Below are positions 18,224-27,962 of a DNA stretch of 35,924 bases, piece after piece. This DNA comes from Verrucomicrobiales bacterium. Lineage in GTDB: Bacteria > Verrucomicrobiota > Verrucomicrobiia > Limisphaerales > UBA11320. Location: assembly GCA_003452185.1 (NCBI GenBank), contig DMJJ01000467.1:1-35924 (forward strand). Direction: 5' to 3'. A program made the position numbers and the translations under genes. The notes under the pieces are model-generated. The model worked only from the letters and a program-made list of their open reading frames with translations. It had not been told where the DNA came from and did no database searches. The stretch's first letter is position 1. Each line of letters starts with the position of its first letter.

Positions 18224-19138
18224 TCACTCCTCCCGGCCCCGCGGGTCGAAGGCATCCCGAAGGCCGTCGCCGACGAAATTCAACGCGAGGAGCGTTGTCA
18301 CGAGCATGGCGGCAGGGAAGAGGATGAGCCACCAGTAGACCCGGATCGGGTTCAACTGGGCGGCGCCATCGGCGATCAACGACCCCCAGCTCGCCATCGG
18401 GGGCTGGATCCCGAGCCCCAGGTAGCTGAGGAACGACTCGTACAGGATGATCGCCGGGATCGTCAGCGTGGCATAGACGATGACGATGCCGTAGATGTTG
18501 GGGAGGAGGTGGCGCAGGAGGATTCGGACCGGCCCCGCCCCAAGGGCATGGCTGGCGTCGACGAACGTCCGCGAGCGAAGCGAAAGGACCTGTCCGCGCA
18601 CAATCCGGGCCATATTGAGCCACGAGATCGCCCCCAGCCCGGCGAATAGAAAAAGGAGCCGCGCCTGCCCCACAGCGGCTGCGGGGAGATGAAGTGTTCC
18701 GGAGAGAAACACCCGCACCGTCCGCTCAAGCGTGGTGAGCAGGACGATGACAAAGATGATCGAGGGGAGTGAGTACAGGACATCCACGACACGCATCGCC
18801 AGGTGATCCAGGAGCCCCCCGACGTATCCCGCCACGGCCCCCCAGGTCACCCCGATGAGCACTGCGACGCCGGCACCGACAAATCCAACGAGCAGGGAGA
18901 CACGGGCCCCGAAGATCACGCGACTCAGGAGGTCCCGGCCGTGGACATCGGTCCCAAACCAGTGGTGGAGCCCCGGGGGCTCAAACCGGGCCTCGGAGGT
19001 TTGGGCGAATCCGTACGGGGTCACCCAGGGCCAGACCAGCACCAGCGTGGCGAGACAGAGCAGGAAGGCGGCTCCCAGGAGAGCAGGCCGGTTTCGGCGG
19101 AACCGGCGCCAGGCGCGTTGGTTCGGGGTCAGCGTCAT
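18224..19138 (-). CDS. Peptide/nickel-type ABC transporter permease (OppC/DppC-like)
   Basis: It has six predicted hydrophobic segments. The motif FVDASHALGAGPVRILLRHLLPNI is typical of OppC-family permeases. The ATG overlaps the upstream stop (ATGA at 19135-19138). Confidence 0.85.
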   Translation of the reverse strand: MTLTPNQRAWRRFRRNRPALLGAAFLLCLATLVLVWPWVTPYGFAQTSEARFEPPGLHHWFGTDVHGRDLLSRVIFGARVSLLVGFVGAGVAVLIGVTWGAVAGYVGGLLDHLAMRVVDVLYSLPSIIFVIVLLTTLERTVRVFLSGTLHLPAAAVGQARLLFLFAGLGAISWLNMARIVRGQVLSLRSRTFVDASHALGAGPVRILLRHLLPNIYGIVIVYATLTIPAIILYESFLSYLGLGIQPPMASWGSLIADGAAQLNPIRVYWWLILFPAAMLVTTLLALNFVGDGLRDAFDPRGREE

Positions 19139-20103
19139 GCGAATTTCACCCGCGGATCGAGCAGGCTGTAGACGACGTCCACCAGGAGGTTCAGGACCAC
19201 AAGCAGGCAGGCGTACACCAGGGTGAGGCCCACCAGCATCGGATAGTCGTTGCTCAGGGCGGCATTCACCAGAAACACCCCGATGCCGGGAATCCGGAAG
19301 ATGCTCTCAACGACAAACGACCCGGTCAGGAGATCGGCCAGAAGGGGCCCGCAGTACGACACCACGGGCAGGATCGCGAGCCGGAGCCCGTGACGCAGGA
19401 GCACCGAGCGTTCGCCCAGACCCTTGGCCTTGGCCGTGGTCATGAACCCCTCCCGCATCACCTCGGTCATCCCCTCCCGCATGAGCCGCGAGATCCGGCC
19501 GGCGAAGTACAGGCCAAGGGCGATGGTGGGGAGGATCGCGTGCGCCGGGCTCTCCCACAACGCGGCGGGGAGCCAGTGAAGCTCGACCGCGAAGAGCATC
19601 ACGAGCACCGGGCCGACCACGAGCCCCGGGATGCAAAAGGCGAGGATGGCCACAAACCCGCCAAGATGATCCGCCCACTCGCCCCGGCGTGCCGCGGTAT
19701 AGAGGCCGAGCGGGATCCCGGTCCCCAGGGCAAAGAGGAACGCCAGCCCGCCGAGGGTCATCGAGACCGGAAGCCCCTGGGCCAGGACATCGTTCACGGT
19801 GTGGTTTCGGTACTTGAAGGAGGGACCGAGATCCCCCTTCAGCACCCCCCCGTCACAGAGCCTCCACCCCCCGCGCCCATCCGGCTCGGGAAGCACCCCG
19901 AGGTAGCGCAGATACTGACGCCACCGCGGCTCATCCAGATGATACTTTGCCTCGATCGCACGGCGGATCTCGGGGGAGGCCGGAGCCCTCTCCTTGTCGA
20001 ACGGCCCCCCGGGGGCCATCCGGACGAGCAGGAAGGAGGCAAGGCTGATGACCAGAAGGAGGGGCACAAGCCCCGCCAGGCGGCGTGTCAGATAGTGGCC
20101 CAT
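19135..20103 (-). CDS. Peptide/nickel-type ABC transporter permease (OppB/DppB-like)
   Basis: MGHYLTRRLAGLVPLLLVISLASFLL plus TAKAKGLGERSVLLRHGLRLAILPVV are OppB-family hallmarks. Confidence 0.85.
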   Translation of the reverse strand: MGHYLTRRLAGLVPLLLVISLASFLLVRMAPGGPFDKERAPASPEIRRAIEAKYHLDEPRWRQYLRYLGVLPEPDGRGGWRLCDGGVLKGDLGPSFKYRNHTVNDVLAQGLPVSMTLGGLAFLFALGTGIPLGLYTAARRGEWADHLGGFVAILAFCIPGLVVGPVLVMLFAVELHWLPAALWESPAHAILPTIALGLYFAGRISRLMREGMTEVMREGFMTTAKAKGLGERSVLLRHGLRLAILPVVSYCGPLLADLLTGSFVVESIFRIPGIGVFLVNAALSNDYPMLVGLTLVYACLLVVLNLLVDVVYSLLDPRVKFA

Positions 20104-20131
20104 GATCGTGCCAACCCCGGGATCCCCTGGA

Positions 20132-21823
20132 TCACGGACGGGCGGCCCCCTTTCTCCCGATGCAATACATCGGATGCTCGTCGATCATGTTCGGGTAGAT
20201 CCCGTCGTACTCCTCCGGCCGATAGAGGGTGATCCCCACGTAGAAGAAAAGGGGAAGCACCGGGAGATCCTGCTCCACCAGGATCCGCTCCGCCTCCCGG
20301 AGGAGCGCGGCCCTGCGCGCCCGGTCCGTGAGGGCGTTCCCCTGCTTCATCAGCTCGTCGTAGCGCGGGTTTTTCCACCCGGTACGGTTGTTCCCGTTAC
20401 TGCTCATGAACATGTCGAGGAAGGTATTCGGATCGTTGTAGTCCCCCACCCAGGAGCTGCGGCTGAGGTCGAAGTTCACCCGGCTCTGGTCGGCCAGGAA
20501 CACTTTCCACTCGGTGTTGTGGAGCTCCATGGTGATCCCCAGCTCCCGCTTCCACATCTCCTGGAGCTCGACCGCCACCTGCTCGTGCTGCCGCGCCGTG
20601 TTCGTCAGGTATTCAAAGGGCGGAAATCCCTTCCCACCCGGGTACCCCGCCTCGGCCAGGAGACGGCGGGCCTCGGCCGGATCGTACGGCAGGCCGTCCG
20701 GCGGCTCGTAGCCCGCAGTCCCGGGCGGGACGATGGCTGAGGCAACCCGCTCCCCGCCATGCATGATGTGGGTGGTGATCCGCCGCTTGTCGACGGCCAT
20801 CGCCAGGGCCCTCCGCACCCGCACGTCGTTGAACGGCGGACGGGTGACGTTGAAACGGACGAAATAGGTGGCGAGGTAATTGAAGGTGTGGGTGTAGGGA
20901 CGCGTGCGAAGGATGTCGACGAGCTCCATCGGGATGAGGGTCTTGTCCCAGATGATGTCGGCTTGGTGGCGCTCGAAGAGGTTGAGGGAGGTCATGGCCG
21001 ACTCGAGGTGGATCATGTCGATCACCTCGTTCCGGATGTTGGCGGCATCCCAGTGGCGCGGGTTCCGCCGAAGGCGGATCTTGTCGTTCACACGCCAGGC
21101 CTCCAGCGTGTAGGGGCCGCTCGTGGGGAGCGGCTTCGCAAGAAGCCATCGATCCCCGTAGCGCTCGATCGTCTTGCGGGGGACCACGGCCAGGGTCCGG
21201 AAGGCGCAGAGGTCGAGGAAGAAGGCCGTGGGCTCCACCAACTCGACGCGCAGCCGGTGGGGATCCAGCGCCTCGACACCGAGACGGGAGGGGTCGGAGA
21301 TCTTGCCCGAGGCGATTTCCTCGCCGTTTCGGACGAAGAAGAGCTGGCCCGCGTAATCCGCCGCGGTCGCGGGATTCACCACCCGCCGCCAGGAGTAAAC
21401 CACATCCTCGGCGGTGATCGGCTCGCCCGTGGACCAGACCGCATTGGTGCGAAGGTGGAATGTGTACACCCGGCCATCGGGGGAAATCTCCCAACGCTCC
21501 GCGATCGCCGGCTGCGGCTCCGCGCTGGAGGGGTCGGTTCGTGTGAGCCCTTCCCAGAGCCCGGCCGCCACCCGTCCGTCGGGCTGGCCGGTGCAGATCG
21601 CGGGATCGAGGGTCTCGGGCTCCCCTCCGTTGATGATGACGATGTCGGCGCGGGGCTCGCGCGGGGCGCAGCCTGGAAACCCTATCAGGAGCGCCAGCCC
21701 GAGGAGAAGCGGAGCCACGCCCGGCGGGGTGTGGGCACCCGGGCGACGGAGGGACTGGATGGTCAGGCGGATCAAGCGACGACGGCCCGGGCCTCCCATG
21801 CCGGGGGTCAGGACCGACGTCAT
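20132..21823 (-). CDS. ABC transporter substrate-binding lipoprotein, family 5 (OppA/DppA-like)
   Basis: Lipobox is LIGFPGC. Family-5 pattern includes IINGGEPETLDP, WSTGEPITAEDVVYSW, NPRHWD and YNDPNTFLDMF. The track start at 21826 is TTG; an ATG lies at 21823. Confidence 0.8.
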   Translation of the reverse strand: MTSVLTPGMGGPGRRRLIRLTIQSLRRPGAHTPPGVAPLLLGLALLIGFPGCAPREPRADIVIINGGEPETLDPAICTGQPDGRVAAGLWEGLTRTDPSSAEPQPAIAERWEISPDGRVYTFHLRTNAVWSTGEPITAEDVVYSWRRVVNPATAADYAGQLFFVRNGEEIASGKISDPSRLGVEALDPHRLRVELVEPTAFFLDLCAFRTLAVVPRKTIERYGDRWLLAKPLPTSGPYTLEAWRVNDKIRLRRNPRHWDAANIRNEVIDMIHLESAMTSLNLFERHQADIIWDKTLIPMELVDILRTRPYTHTFNYLATYFVRFNVTRPPFNDVRVRRALAMAVDKRRITTHIMHGGERVASAIVPPGTAGYEPPDGLPYDPAEARRLLAEAGYPGGKGFPPFEYLTNTARQHEQVAVELQEMWKRELGITMELHNTEWKVFLADQSRVNFDLSRSSWVGDYNDPNTFLDMFMSSNGNNRTGWKNPRYDELMKQGNALTDRARRAALLREAERILVEQDLPVLPLFFYVGITLYRPEEYDGIYPNMIDEHPMYCIGRKGAARP

Positions 21824-21877
21824 CAAGCCTCGCCGCGGGCTGGGAGGACAAGTGCTAAGTGCATTTTCCTCCCCCCT

Positions 21878-23560
21878 CTACTGCGGGGGCGGAAGCTCCG
21901 ACACCCGGAAGAACCCGGCCTCGGGACCCGGGGGAATCGGCTCCAGGGCGGAGCGGGTTCCCGTGGCGGTGACGGGATCCCCCACGGGCTGCCAGTCGGG
22001 CGAGTCCAGTCGCGGAGACCATTCCAGCTGATAGTTCGATCCCACACGGCTGGTCCACTGCACACGGATCCGCTCGCCGCGCACGACCGGACGGGAGAGT
22101 CGAAAACTCTCATCCATGGGCCCCTTGACCAGTGTGAACCAGTCATCCACCACCCCGGTGTCCCGGAGGAACCGTGCATCCATCCGATGCTCGGCGACAT
22201 CGATAAGGAGGGAGCCGGCCTGCACCTCGGAGAAAAACATCGCCGGATGGCCCGCCGGATCGACCTGATAGGTCGCCCACCCGGAGCTCCCGGCCACCAC
22301 ATAGACCGCGCCGGCATTCGCCTTCGTCCCGGTGAGGGGCTTTCGGTAGGCCCCCTCCTCCTCCTCCCGGCCACTCCCGGCATCGATGATCATGGAAGGC
22401 TCCAAGGTCGTCGAATAGTCGTAATGGCCGTTCAGGAGATAGGAGCGCTCGTAGTTGTGGCTGTGGCCCGAAAGGACGAGGTCAACGCCGTAGCTCTCGA
22501 GGATGGGAACCACGTTCTCGCGCATCCAGACCAGGTGAGGGTCGCTGCCAAAGGAGTCGTCGGAATCATGCGATCCCTTGGAGTAGGGAGGGGAATGCCA
22601 GAAGGCGATCAACCACTCGTTGGTGTTCGCGGCCAGGTCCGCCTGGAGCCACTGCAGCATCTCGGCCGGGTGGAGATCGATGAGGAGCTCCGAGTCGAGC
22701 GAGACAAAGTGGATGTTTCCGCGGTCGAACGAGTAGTAGTTCTCGGTCCCCGAGGGGACCCCCCCGGCCTCACCCCGCGTTGGTAGGGAGAAAATCTTGA
22801 AGTAGGGAAAAACCCCATCCTTCGGGGAGGAGTAGAGCTCATGGTTCCCAAGGGTGGACCAGAGGCAGGTGTTTGGAAGAATCGAGGAGTAGATGTTAAA
22901 GAACTGGGTCTGATACTCCTGATCGGTACCGCTCAGGTAGGCGTTGTCGCCAAGCGCCAACCAGACATCGGCCGGATGCCCGGCGGTATGGGCAAGGTAG
23001 GCGTCACGGACTTGAATCTGGCGCGGGTTGCCGAACCGCTCCAACCCGACAGTGCCCGAGTCCCCCATCGCCCAGATGCGGGTCGGCACCGGGGCACCCG
23101 GAGGAGGGAGGGTCGAGAAGTGGTAATCCTCTCCCTCGACCAGCGACTCCACGAGCGAGCCGACAGAATAGTAATACCGGGTCGAGGGGCTCAATCCGGT
23201 GAGGAGAACGATATGTTCGGTGACCGGCTCCACGTTCCCGGCGACCTGGTAAAGGAACTCCGGGGTGGCGCCGAAAAAGACCACGCTGGGCGCCGGAGCT
23301 TCCGTACGCCAACGAAGGGTGATGCCCCCGGGCGTGGCATTCTGAAGATAGGGCCCCCGGACCAACGCCCCCAGGCACCCTTCCCCTCCAACACCCCCCG
23401 CCCCCCAAGCCGCGAGCAAGGCCCAAAGCCAGAACCAACGTCTGGAGAACGACCTGCGTGGGGATGAATGGGAGCTACCTGGAAACATCAAAAAAGCGTG
23501 GGGCCTGGAAACCCAAGACCTATATACCGCCATTCGGGGCAAGTCAAACGGTCGCAACAA
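21878..23560 (-). CDS. Secreted purple-acid-phosphatase-like metallophosphoesterase with an extra C-terminal ~65-aa module ending FFRV
   Basis: An N-terminal PAP FN3-like domain (GPYLQNATPGGITLRW...TRYYYSV) is followed by the metallophosphatase motifs AMGDSG, ALGDNAY, TLGNHE, FWHSPPY and SGHSHNYER. The likely real start is an internal Met (for example ATG 23488, MFPGSS...WFWLWALLAAWGAGG). Confidence 0.8.
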   Translation of the reverse strand: MLRPFDLPRMAVYRSWVSRPHAFLMFPGSSHSSPRRSFSRRWFWLWALLAAWGAGGVGGEGCLGALVRGPYLQNATPGGITLRWRTEAPAPSVVFFGATPEFLYQVAGNVEPVTEHIVLLTGLSPSTRYYYSVGSLVESLVEGEDYHFSTLPPPGAPVPTRIWAMGDSGTVGLERFGNPRQIQVRDAYLAHTAGHPADVWLALGDNAYLSGTDQEYQTQFFNIYSSILPNTCLWSTLGNHELYSSPKDGVFPYFKIFSLPTRGEAGGVPSGTENYYSFDRGNIHFVSLDSELLIDLHPAEMLQWLQADLAANTNEWLIAFWHSPPYSKGSHDSDDSFGSDPHLVWMRENVVPILESYGVDLVLSGHSHNYERSYLLNGHYDYSTTLEPSMIIDAGSGREEEEGAYRKPLTGTKANAGAVYVVAGSSGWATYQVDPAGHPAMFFSEVQAGSLLIDVAEHRMDARFLRDTGVVDDWFTLVKGPMDESFRLSRPVVRGERIRVQWTSRVGSNYQLEWSPRLDSPDWQPVGDPVTATGTRSALEPIPPGPEAGFFRVSELPPPQ

Positions 23561-23664
23561 GCAGCGGAAGGCCGTTGAGCTCGAGTAGCGACGGGAGAGG
23601 CAGGGGTGGGCAACGCGCCGCCAAGGGCCTCGAACGCCGGGGGCGGGGGTGCGACCGCCGGCGG

Positions 23665-26600
23665 CTACGGCGTGCCGTTGAGGGCCGTGGAGAGACGCTC
23701 AACCTGTTCCAACGAATCCTGCGCCGGCACCAGGGGCCACCGCTGCACGGTACCCGCGTTCCCCACCACCACGAACTCCTTCGAATCCAGACGAAACGCC
23801 ATCGAGGCAATGCCCCCTGGGACCTCCTGCGGTGCCATCAGCGCGTTGCCCGTCTCCGCATCCCAAAGCTGGACACGCCCCAGCGAACTCCCGGTGGCCA
23901 GAATCCTGGCGTCGGGACTGAACAGCAGCCGCCGCACCGTGGCGGTGTGAACCATCGGCCCCGTCCGTGGACGGCTGGTGCGCACATCCCAGATCCTTGC
24001 CGTGCCATCCTCGGAGCCCGTGGCAAGACGGTCCCCGGAGGGCGTGAACCCGCAGACCGGCACCCCGTCCTCATGGGACATCGGCCCGCCAACGGGCTGG
24101 TGCGTCGCCGCCGACCAGAGCTGCGCCTGCCCCGCCTCGAAGCCGTCGCGCACCACGCAGGTCGCCACCCGGAGGCCGTCGGGGCTGAAGTGGGCCCTGC
24201 CCGCATCCGCCCCCAGGAGGATCGCAGGACCGACCTCGCGCCCGGAGGCGATGTCCCAGAACCGCACCACGCCCGCCTCCGTGCTGGAGAGCAACTGGAG
24301 CCCGTCCGGGCTGAACTCCGCGTGGTTGAGCTTGCGGTCGTTGGGGAGCTCGATCCGCCGCACCCCGGGGGTTCCCAGCTCACGGATGCTAAGGGTCGGT
24401 GACCCGCCCGCCTTGGGAAGCGAGCCGGTGACAATGCGCGCCCCGGTGAGATCGAACGCGAGGATTTCGTAGCTCATCCCCGGCTGGTGCTCGGTGAGGC
24501 GGAGAGCGCCGGTGCGGGCATCCCAGATAAAGATATCGCCGGCCCGCGTCACGGTTGCGATCGTCTCGCCGGAAGGGGAAAACGATCCGTAGGCCGTGGG
24601 GTGCCCCTGGCGGAGCTCGAGCAGCGGGCCGCGGGGCTGCCCTGCATCCCGCACCCGGAGGACGCCGTCACCCGGGTCCCACGCCACCCGGGCGCCGTCC
24701 GTGCTTTGGAACGCGACCGCCACCGGCCCCGACGGCTGGAGCGGGACGGCGGGAGCGCCAGGTGCGGGCGACCAGACGCGGACGCGGCCGTCCATGCATG
24801 CGGTGGCGATCCGGTCTCCCGAGGGTGCGGAGGCCACATCCACCACGTACCGCCCATGGGGCAGCATGGGGCCTGCAGCCTGCCCGGTCCGCGCATCCCA
24901 GACCCGCGCCATCCCGTCGAAGCTGCCGCTGATGATCCGTTCCCCGCGGGGATCCCACTTTGCGACCGGCACCCCGACCGCGGAGAGGGTCATGTGGGAT
25001 TCGGGCACGCCGGTCAGCGCGTTCCATACAATGACCGAGTGGTCAAAGGAGAGGCTGAGAAGTCGGTCGCCAGCAGGGGAGAAGACCGCCTCGGCGATGC
25101 GTACGGAGGATTTGTGGCGGAGCGGCGGGAGGAGCTCGCGTCCGGTGCGGGGATCCCAGACGGCCACCGCAGCGTCCGCGCCGGCGGAGGCCACGCTGCG
25201 TCCGTCCGGGGAGAACAACGCATAGAAGGCACCGCCCGGATGCTCATGCACCCCGAGCAATCGGGCCCCGCCCGGCTCAAGGGACCACACCCGCACGGGC
25301 CCCGCCGCCGACGCGGCCACCACCAGGCGGCCGTCCGGGCTGAACGCCGCATGCTTGTAGGCGGAGCTGGGATCGGGGGAAGGCATCGCCGGGCCGCCAG
25401 TCGCGGCATCCCAGATCCAGACCCCCGTCTCTCCCACCGTGATCACTCGGCCGCCGTCGGGGCTGAACGACGCCGCAGGGGTCAGGGTCTCGTCGTAATG
25501 GGTGACCCGGATCGACCAGGCCGCACCGGCGACCGGGGTGCCGTCGGCCCGGTTCCAGAGCCGCGCAAACCCGTCCCGGCAGAGCGTCAGGATCCGGCGG
25601 GCATCGGGACTGAAGAGGGCCTGGTTCACGGGCTGGGCGTGAGTCAGGACCACCGCGGCGGACGTGGCGTCGGGTTCCAGCGTCCACAGGCGCGCGGTGC
25701 CATCGGAGCTTGCCGACAGGAGCCCCCGTCCGTCGGGGCTGAACGCCACGCTGTTGACGGCATCCTGGTGGGTGAGCACCCGCTCCAGGCGCGGGAGCTC
25801 GGGGAGCGTAAGCCCAAGCCGGATGCGGTGCATCGATTCCCGGGCGGGATTGGAGGCCTCCATGCGGATCGCGGCGATCTGGGAGGGAAGCGATCCGGCG
25901 GGGTTGCCGGCATCCAGCAGGCGGTTCGCCGCATCGACGCCCGACTGGACCAGCTCCAGGCGCTGCCGCTCGGAGGCGGCGCGCAGGTTGCGGTTCACCC
26001 TCCACGATCCGACGATGATCACCAGAAGGCAGAGGGCGAGCAGCCCCGTCAGGCCGGCGATGAGCGGCCGCCGGCGGGCCCACTTCACCGAACGCTCGGC
26101 CCAGCCGGAGGCCCGCGCCTCGATGGGCTGTCCCGAGAGCCACCGGTCGAGGTCCCGGGCAAGCTCGGCGCAGGAGGCATACCGGGCCCCGGGCTCGCGG
26201 GCCATGGCCTTGAGGCAGATCGTCTCGAGATCGCGGTCGACGGGCCCGGCCACCAGGGACGGCAGGTCCGGGTCGGTGTCCGTCACCAGCCGCAACACCT
26301 GCAGCGGGGTGTTTCCCCGGAACGGGGCCCGGCCCGTGAGCATTTCGTAGAAGACGGCCCCCAGGCCGTAGACATCGCTGGCAACCGTGGCCTCCGCAGC
26401 CCCCCCACGGGCAACTTCCGGCGCCACATAGGCCGGGGTGCCGAGGGAGGTGTGGGAACGGGTGACACGGGATTCGTCGTCCTCGAGCCGGGCCAGCCCG
26501 AAGTCGGTGAGATAAGGCTCGCCCGCGGCGTCGAGCAGGACGTTCTCCGGCTTGAGGTCGCGATGAAGGATGCCGCGCTCGTGGGCGTGCTGGACCGCGA

Positions 26601-27105
26601 GCGCGAGCTTCCGGAGCAGGATGACGCATTCCCGGTGGCGGCCCGCGGCGACGGAGACAGGAGGGTCCGCAGGATGGGACTGGATCCAACGCGCCAGCGA
26701 TCCCCCCTCCATCAGCCGCATGGCGATGTACCAAACCCCGCCATCCTCCCCAAAGGCGTAGACGGGGACGATGTGCGGGTGGATCAGCGAGGAGGCGGCC
26801 CGGGCCTCGTTGTGGAAGCGGACCAGGAAGTCGGGCCTGGCCGCCTCGCCCCCCCGGAGCAGCTTGAGCGCCACGATGCGGCCCAGCGGTGCCTCGCGCG
26901 CCCGGTGCACGATGCCCATTCCCCCGCGGGCGATCTCCTCCAGGAGGGTGAAGGGGCCGATCCGCACCGGGGGTGCCGCAGGGTCCGGAGGCCCGGCAGG
27001 GGGTGGAGCGGCCAGGGCGCCGAGCATGAGGCAGCGCGGACAAAGCCCCTCCGCGATGCCGGGGCGCAGCGGACTGCCGCAAGTCTGGCAGTGGGTGGAG
27101 CTCAT
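23665..27105 (-). CDS. Membrane Ser/Thr protein kinase with N-terminal zinc ribbon and about 16 extracytoplasmic WD40-like blades
   Basis: A CxxC...CxxC ribbon (CQTCGSPL...CPRCL) is followed by the Hanks motifs GGMGIV, VALKLL, HRDLKPENVLL, DFGLAR and TPAYVAPE. One TM segment (LIAGLTGLLALCLLVIIVGSW) follows. I counted 16 repeats of the type (A/L)FSPDG..(4-6)..DG..R(L/V/I)W(D/N). I prefer ATG 27105; an in-frame GTG at 27120 is possible. Confidence 0.9.
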   Translation of the reverse strand: MSSTHCQTCGSPLRPGIAEGLCPRCLMLGALAAPPPAGPPDPAAPPVRIGPFTLLEEIARGGMGIVHRAREAPLGRIVALKLLRGGEAARPDFLVRFHNEARAASSLIHPHIVPVYAFGEDGGVWYIAMRLMEGGSLARWIQSHPADPPVSVAAGRHRECVILLRKLALAVQHAHERGILHRDLKPENVLLDAAGEPYLTDFGLARLEDDESRVTRSHTSLGTPAYVAPEVARGGAAEATVASDVYGLGAVFYEMLTGRAPFRGNTPLQVLRLVTDTDPDLPSLVAGPVDRDLETICLKAMAREPGARYASCAELARDLDRWLSGQPIEARASGWAERSVKWARRRPLIAGLTGLLALCLLVIIVGSWRVNRNLRAASERQRLELVQSGVDAANRLLDAGNPAGSLPSQIAAIRMEASNPARESMHRIRLGLTLPELPRLERVLTHQDAVNSVAFSPDGRGLLSASSDGTARLWTLEPDATSAAVVLTHAQPVNQALFSPDARRILTLCRDGFARLWNRADGTPVAGAAWSIRVTHYDETLTPAASFSPDGGRVITVGETGVWIWDAATGGPAMPSPDPSSAYKHAAFSPDGRLVVAASAAGPVRVWSLEPGGARLLGVHEHPGGAFYALFSPDGRSVASAGADAAVAVWDPRTGRELLPPLRHKSSVRIAEAVFSPAGDRLLSLSFDHSVIVWNALTGVPESHMTLSAVGVPVAKWDPRGERIISGSFDGMARVWDARTGQAAGPMLPHGRYVVDVASAPSGDRIATACMDGRVRVWSPAPGAPAVPLQPSGPVAVAFQSTDGARVAWDPGDGVLRVRDAGQPRGPLLELRQGHPTAYGSFSPSGETIATVTRAGDIFIWDARTGALRLTEHQPGMSYEILAFDLTGARIVTGSLPKAGGSPTLSIRELGTPGVRRIELPNDRKLNHAEFSPDGLQLLSSTEAGVVRFWDIASGREVGPAILLGADAGRAHFSPDGLRVATCVVRDGFEAGQAQLWSAATHQPVGGPMSHEDGVPVCGFTPSGDRLATGSEDGTARIWDVRTSRPRTGPMVHTATVRRLLFSPDARILATGSSLGRVQLWDAETGNALMAPQEVPGGIASMAFRLDSKEFVVVGNAGTVQRWPLVPAQDSLEQVERLSTALNGTP

Positions 27106-27132
27106 CCGGGGGGGGTTCACGGGACAGCAGGG

Positions 27133-27891
27133 TCAGCTCCCGAGCACGGCTGCAAGGTACCGGATCTCGGCGGGCACGTCCGCGGGATCGTCGACGGTCT
27201 CGGCGATCTCCTCGCGGACGAGCTCCGCGTAGCGGGTGCGCAGCCGATGCACCCCGGACTTAACCGCGGACTCCGTGATACCGAGCCGCTCCGCGGCCCC
27301 GGCGTAGGAGCATTCGCCCGCATCGCCGGTGAGGAACCGCTTGAGTTCCTCATACCGTTCCGAGCGCCCTCCCCCTTCGTACTCGCTGCGCAGGCGCGAG
27401 AGCACCCGGTTGAGCAGGCTTTCCGCCCATGGGCGGTCAAACACCTCCTCCGCGGTGCCGGCGGTGGCGGGCTCTCCCATCCACGCCGCCCCCTCCTCGC
27501 AGGCGTCGAGGGAGAGCAACCCCCCGCCGCCCCCCCGCTTCAGCGCGCTGTTGCGATCCCGCTCATGGGAGAGAAAACGGGTGACGGCGGTGAGGAGGAA
27601 AGTGCGGAAGCGGCCTTTTTCCATGTCCGCGGCCTTCAGCCATCGTTTCTCGAGGAGTTGCGCAAAAAAACCCTGCGTCAGATCCTTGGCATCCTCCGGT
27701 GAATGGCCGCGGCGGGCGACGAACGCGCAGACGGCGGGCCAGTAAGTGCGGCAAAGCCTTTCCAGCGCAGCTTGGCAGTCGAGATCCGTGGAGTTGGCGG
27801 CACGGATCACCAGCGACCAGTGCGTTGTTCGGAACTGCGCCTGGCCGGCGGCGATTGGGTTTGTGCCTGCGGGGTCCACGGGACACCGCAT
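27133..27891 (-). CDS. ECF-type RNA polymerase sigma factor (kinase-associated type, no adjacent anti-sigma)
   Basis: The N-terminal FRTTHWSLV motif is followed by region 2 (CRTYWPAVCAFVARRG...AKDLTQGFFAQLL) and a region 4 HTH (SYAGAAERLGITESAVKSGVHRLRTRY). The track start at 27924 is TTG; an ATG lies at 27891. Its stop is 12-27 nt before the kinase start. Confidence 0.85.
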   Translation of the reverse strand: MRCPVDPAGTNPIAAGQAQFRTTHWSLVIRAANSTDLDCQAALERLCRTYWPAVCAFVARRGHSPEDAKDLTQGFFAQLLEKRWLKAADMEKGRFRTFLLTAVTRFLSHERDRNSALKRGGGGGLLSLDACEEGAAWMGEPATAGTAEEVFDRPWAESLLNRVLSRLRSEYEGGGRSERYEELKRFLTGDAGECSYAGAAERLGITESAVKSGVHRLRTRYAELVREEIAETVDDPADVPAEIRYLAAVLGS

Positions 27892-27933
27892 ACATAGCAC
27901 AAAAACCCCCTTCGCACACAACAACTCGCTCGC

Positions 27934-27960
27934 CCCCTCGACCAGGGGATGGCCGAGGGG
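27934..27960 (-). terminator. Hairpin between the small secreted gene and the sigma gene (possible attenuating terminator or processing site)
   Basis: The minus strand reads CCCCTCG-(13 nt)-CGAGGGG beginning 3 nt after the stop at 27963. It is followed by GCGAGCGAGTTGTTGTGTG...GGGGGTTTTTG. Confidence 0.25.
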
Positions 27961-27962
27961 GC

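Noticed and set aside
20759-22786. 675-aa + strand ORF
   Set aside because: It is antisense to the oppA-like and phosphatase genes and crosses their intergenic gap. It has no motifs and is R/G/P-rich.
27108-27115. G8/C8 homopolymer runs (also at 8370-8377, 15385-15392 and 35895-35902) as phase-variation switches, including one just upstream of the kinase ATG
   Set aside because: With G and C each near one third of bases, a simple iid estimate predicts on the order of ten such 8-mers in 36 kb. The runs are not statistically notable on their own. Only the 17-nt C9G8 palindrome stands out and is reported separately.
24487-27702. 1071-aa + strand ORF, the second longest in the window
   Set aside because: It lies exactly antisense to the kinase and sigma genes and is extremely Arg/Gly/Pro/His-rich with no recognisable motif. 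It is a typical high-GC shadow frame, whereas the minus frame carries complete kinase, WD40 and sigma motifs.
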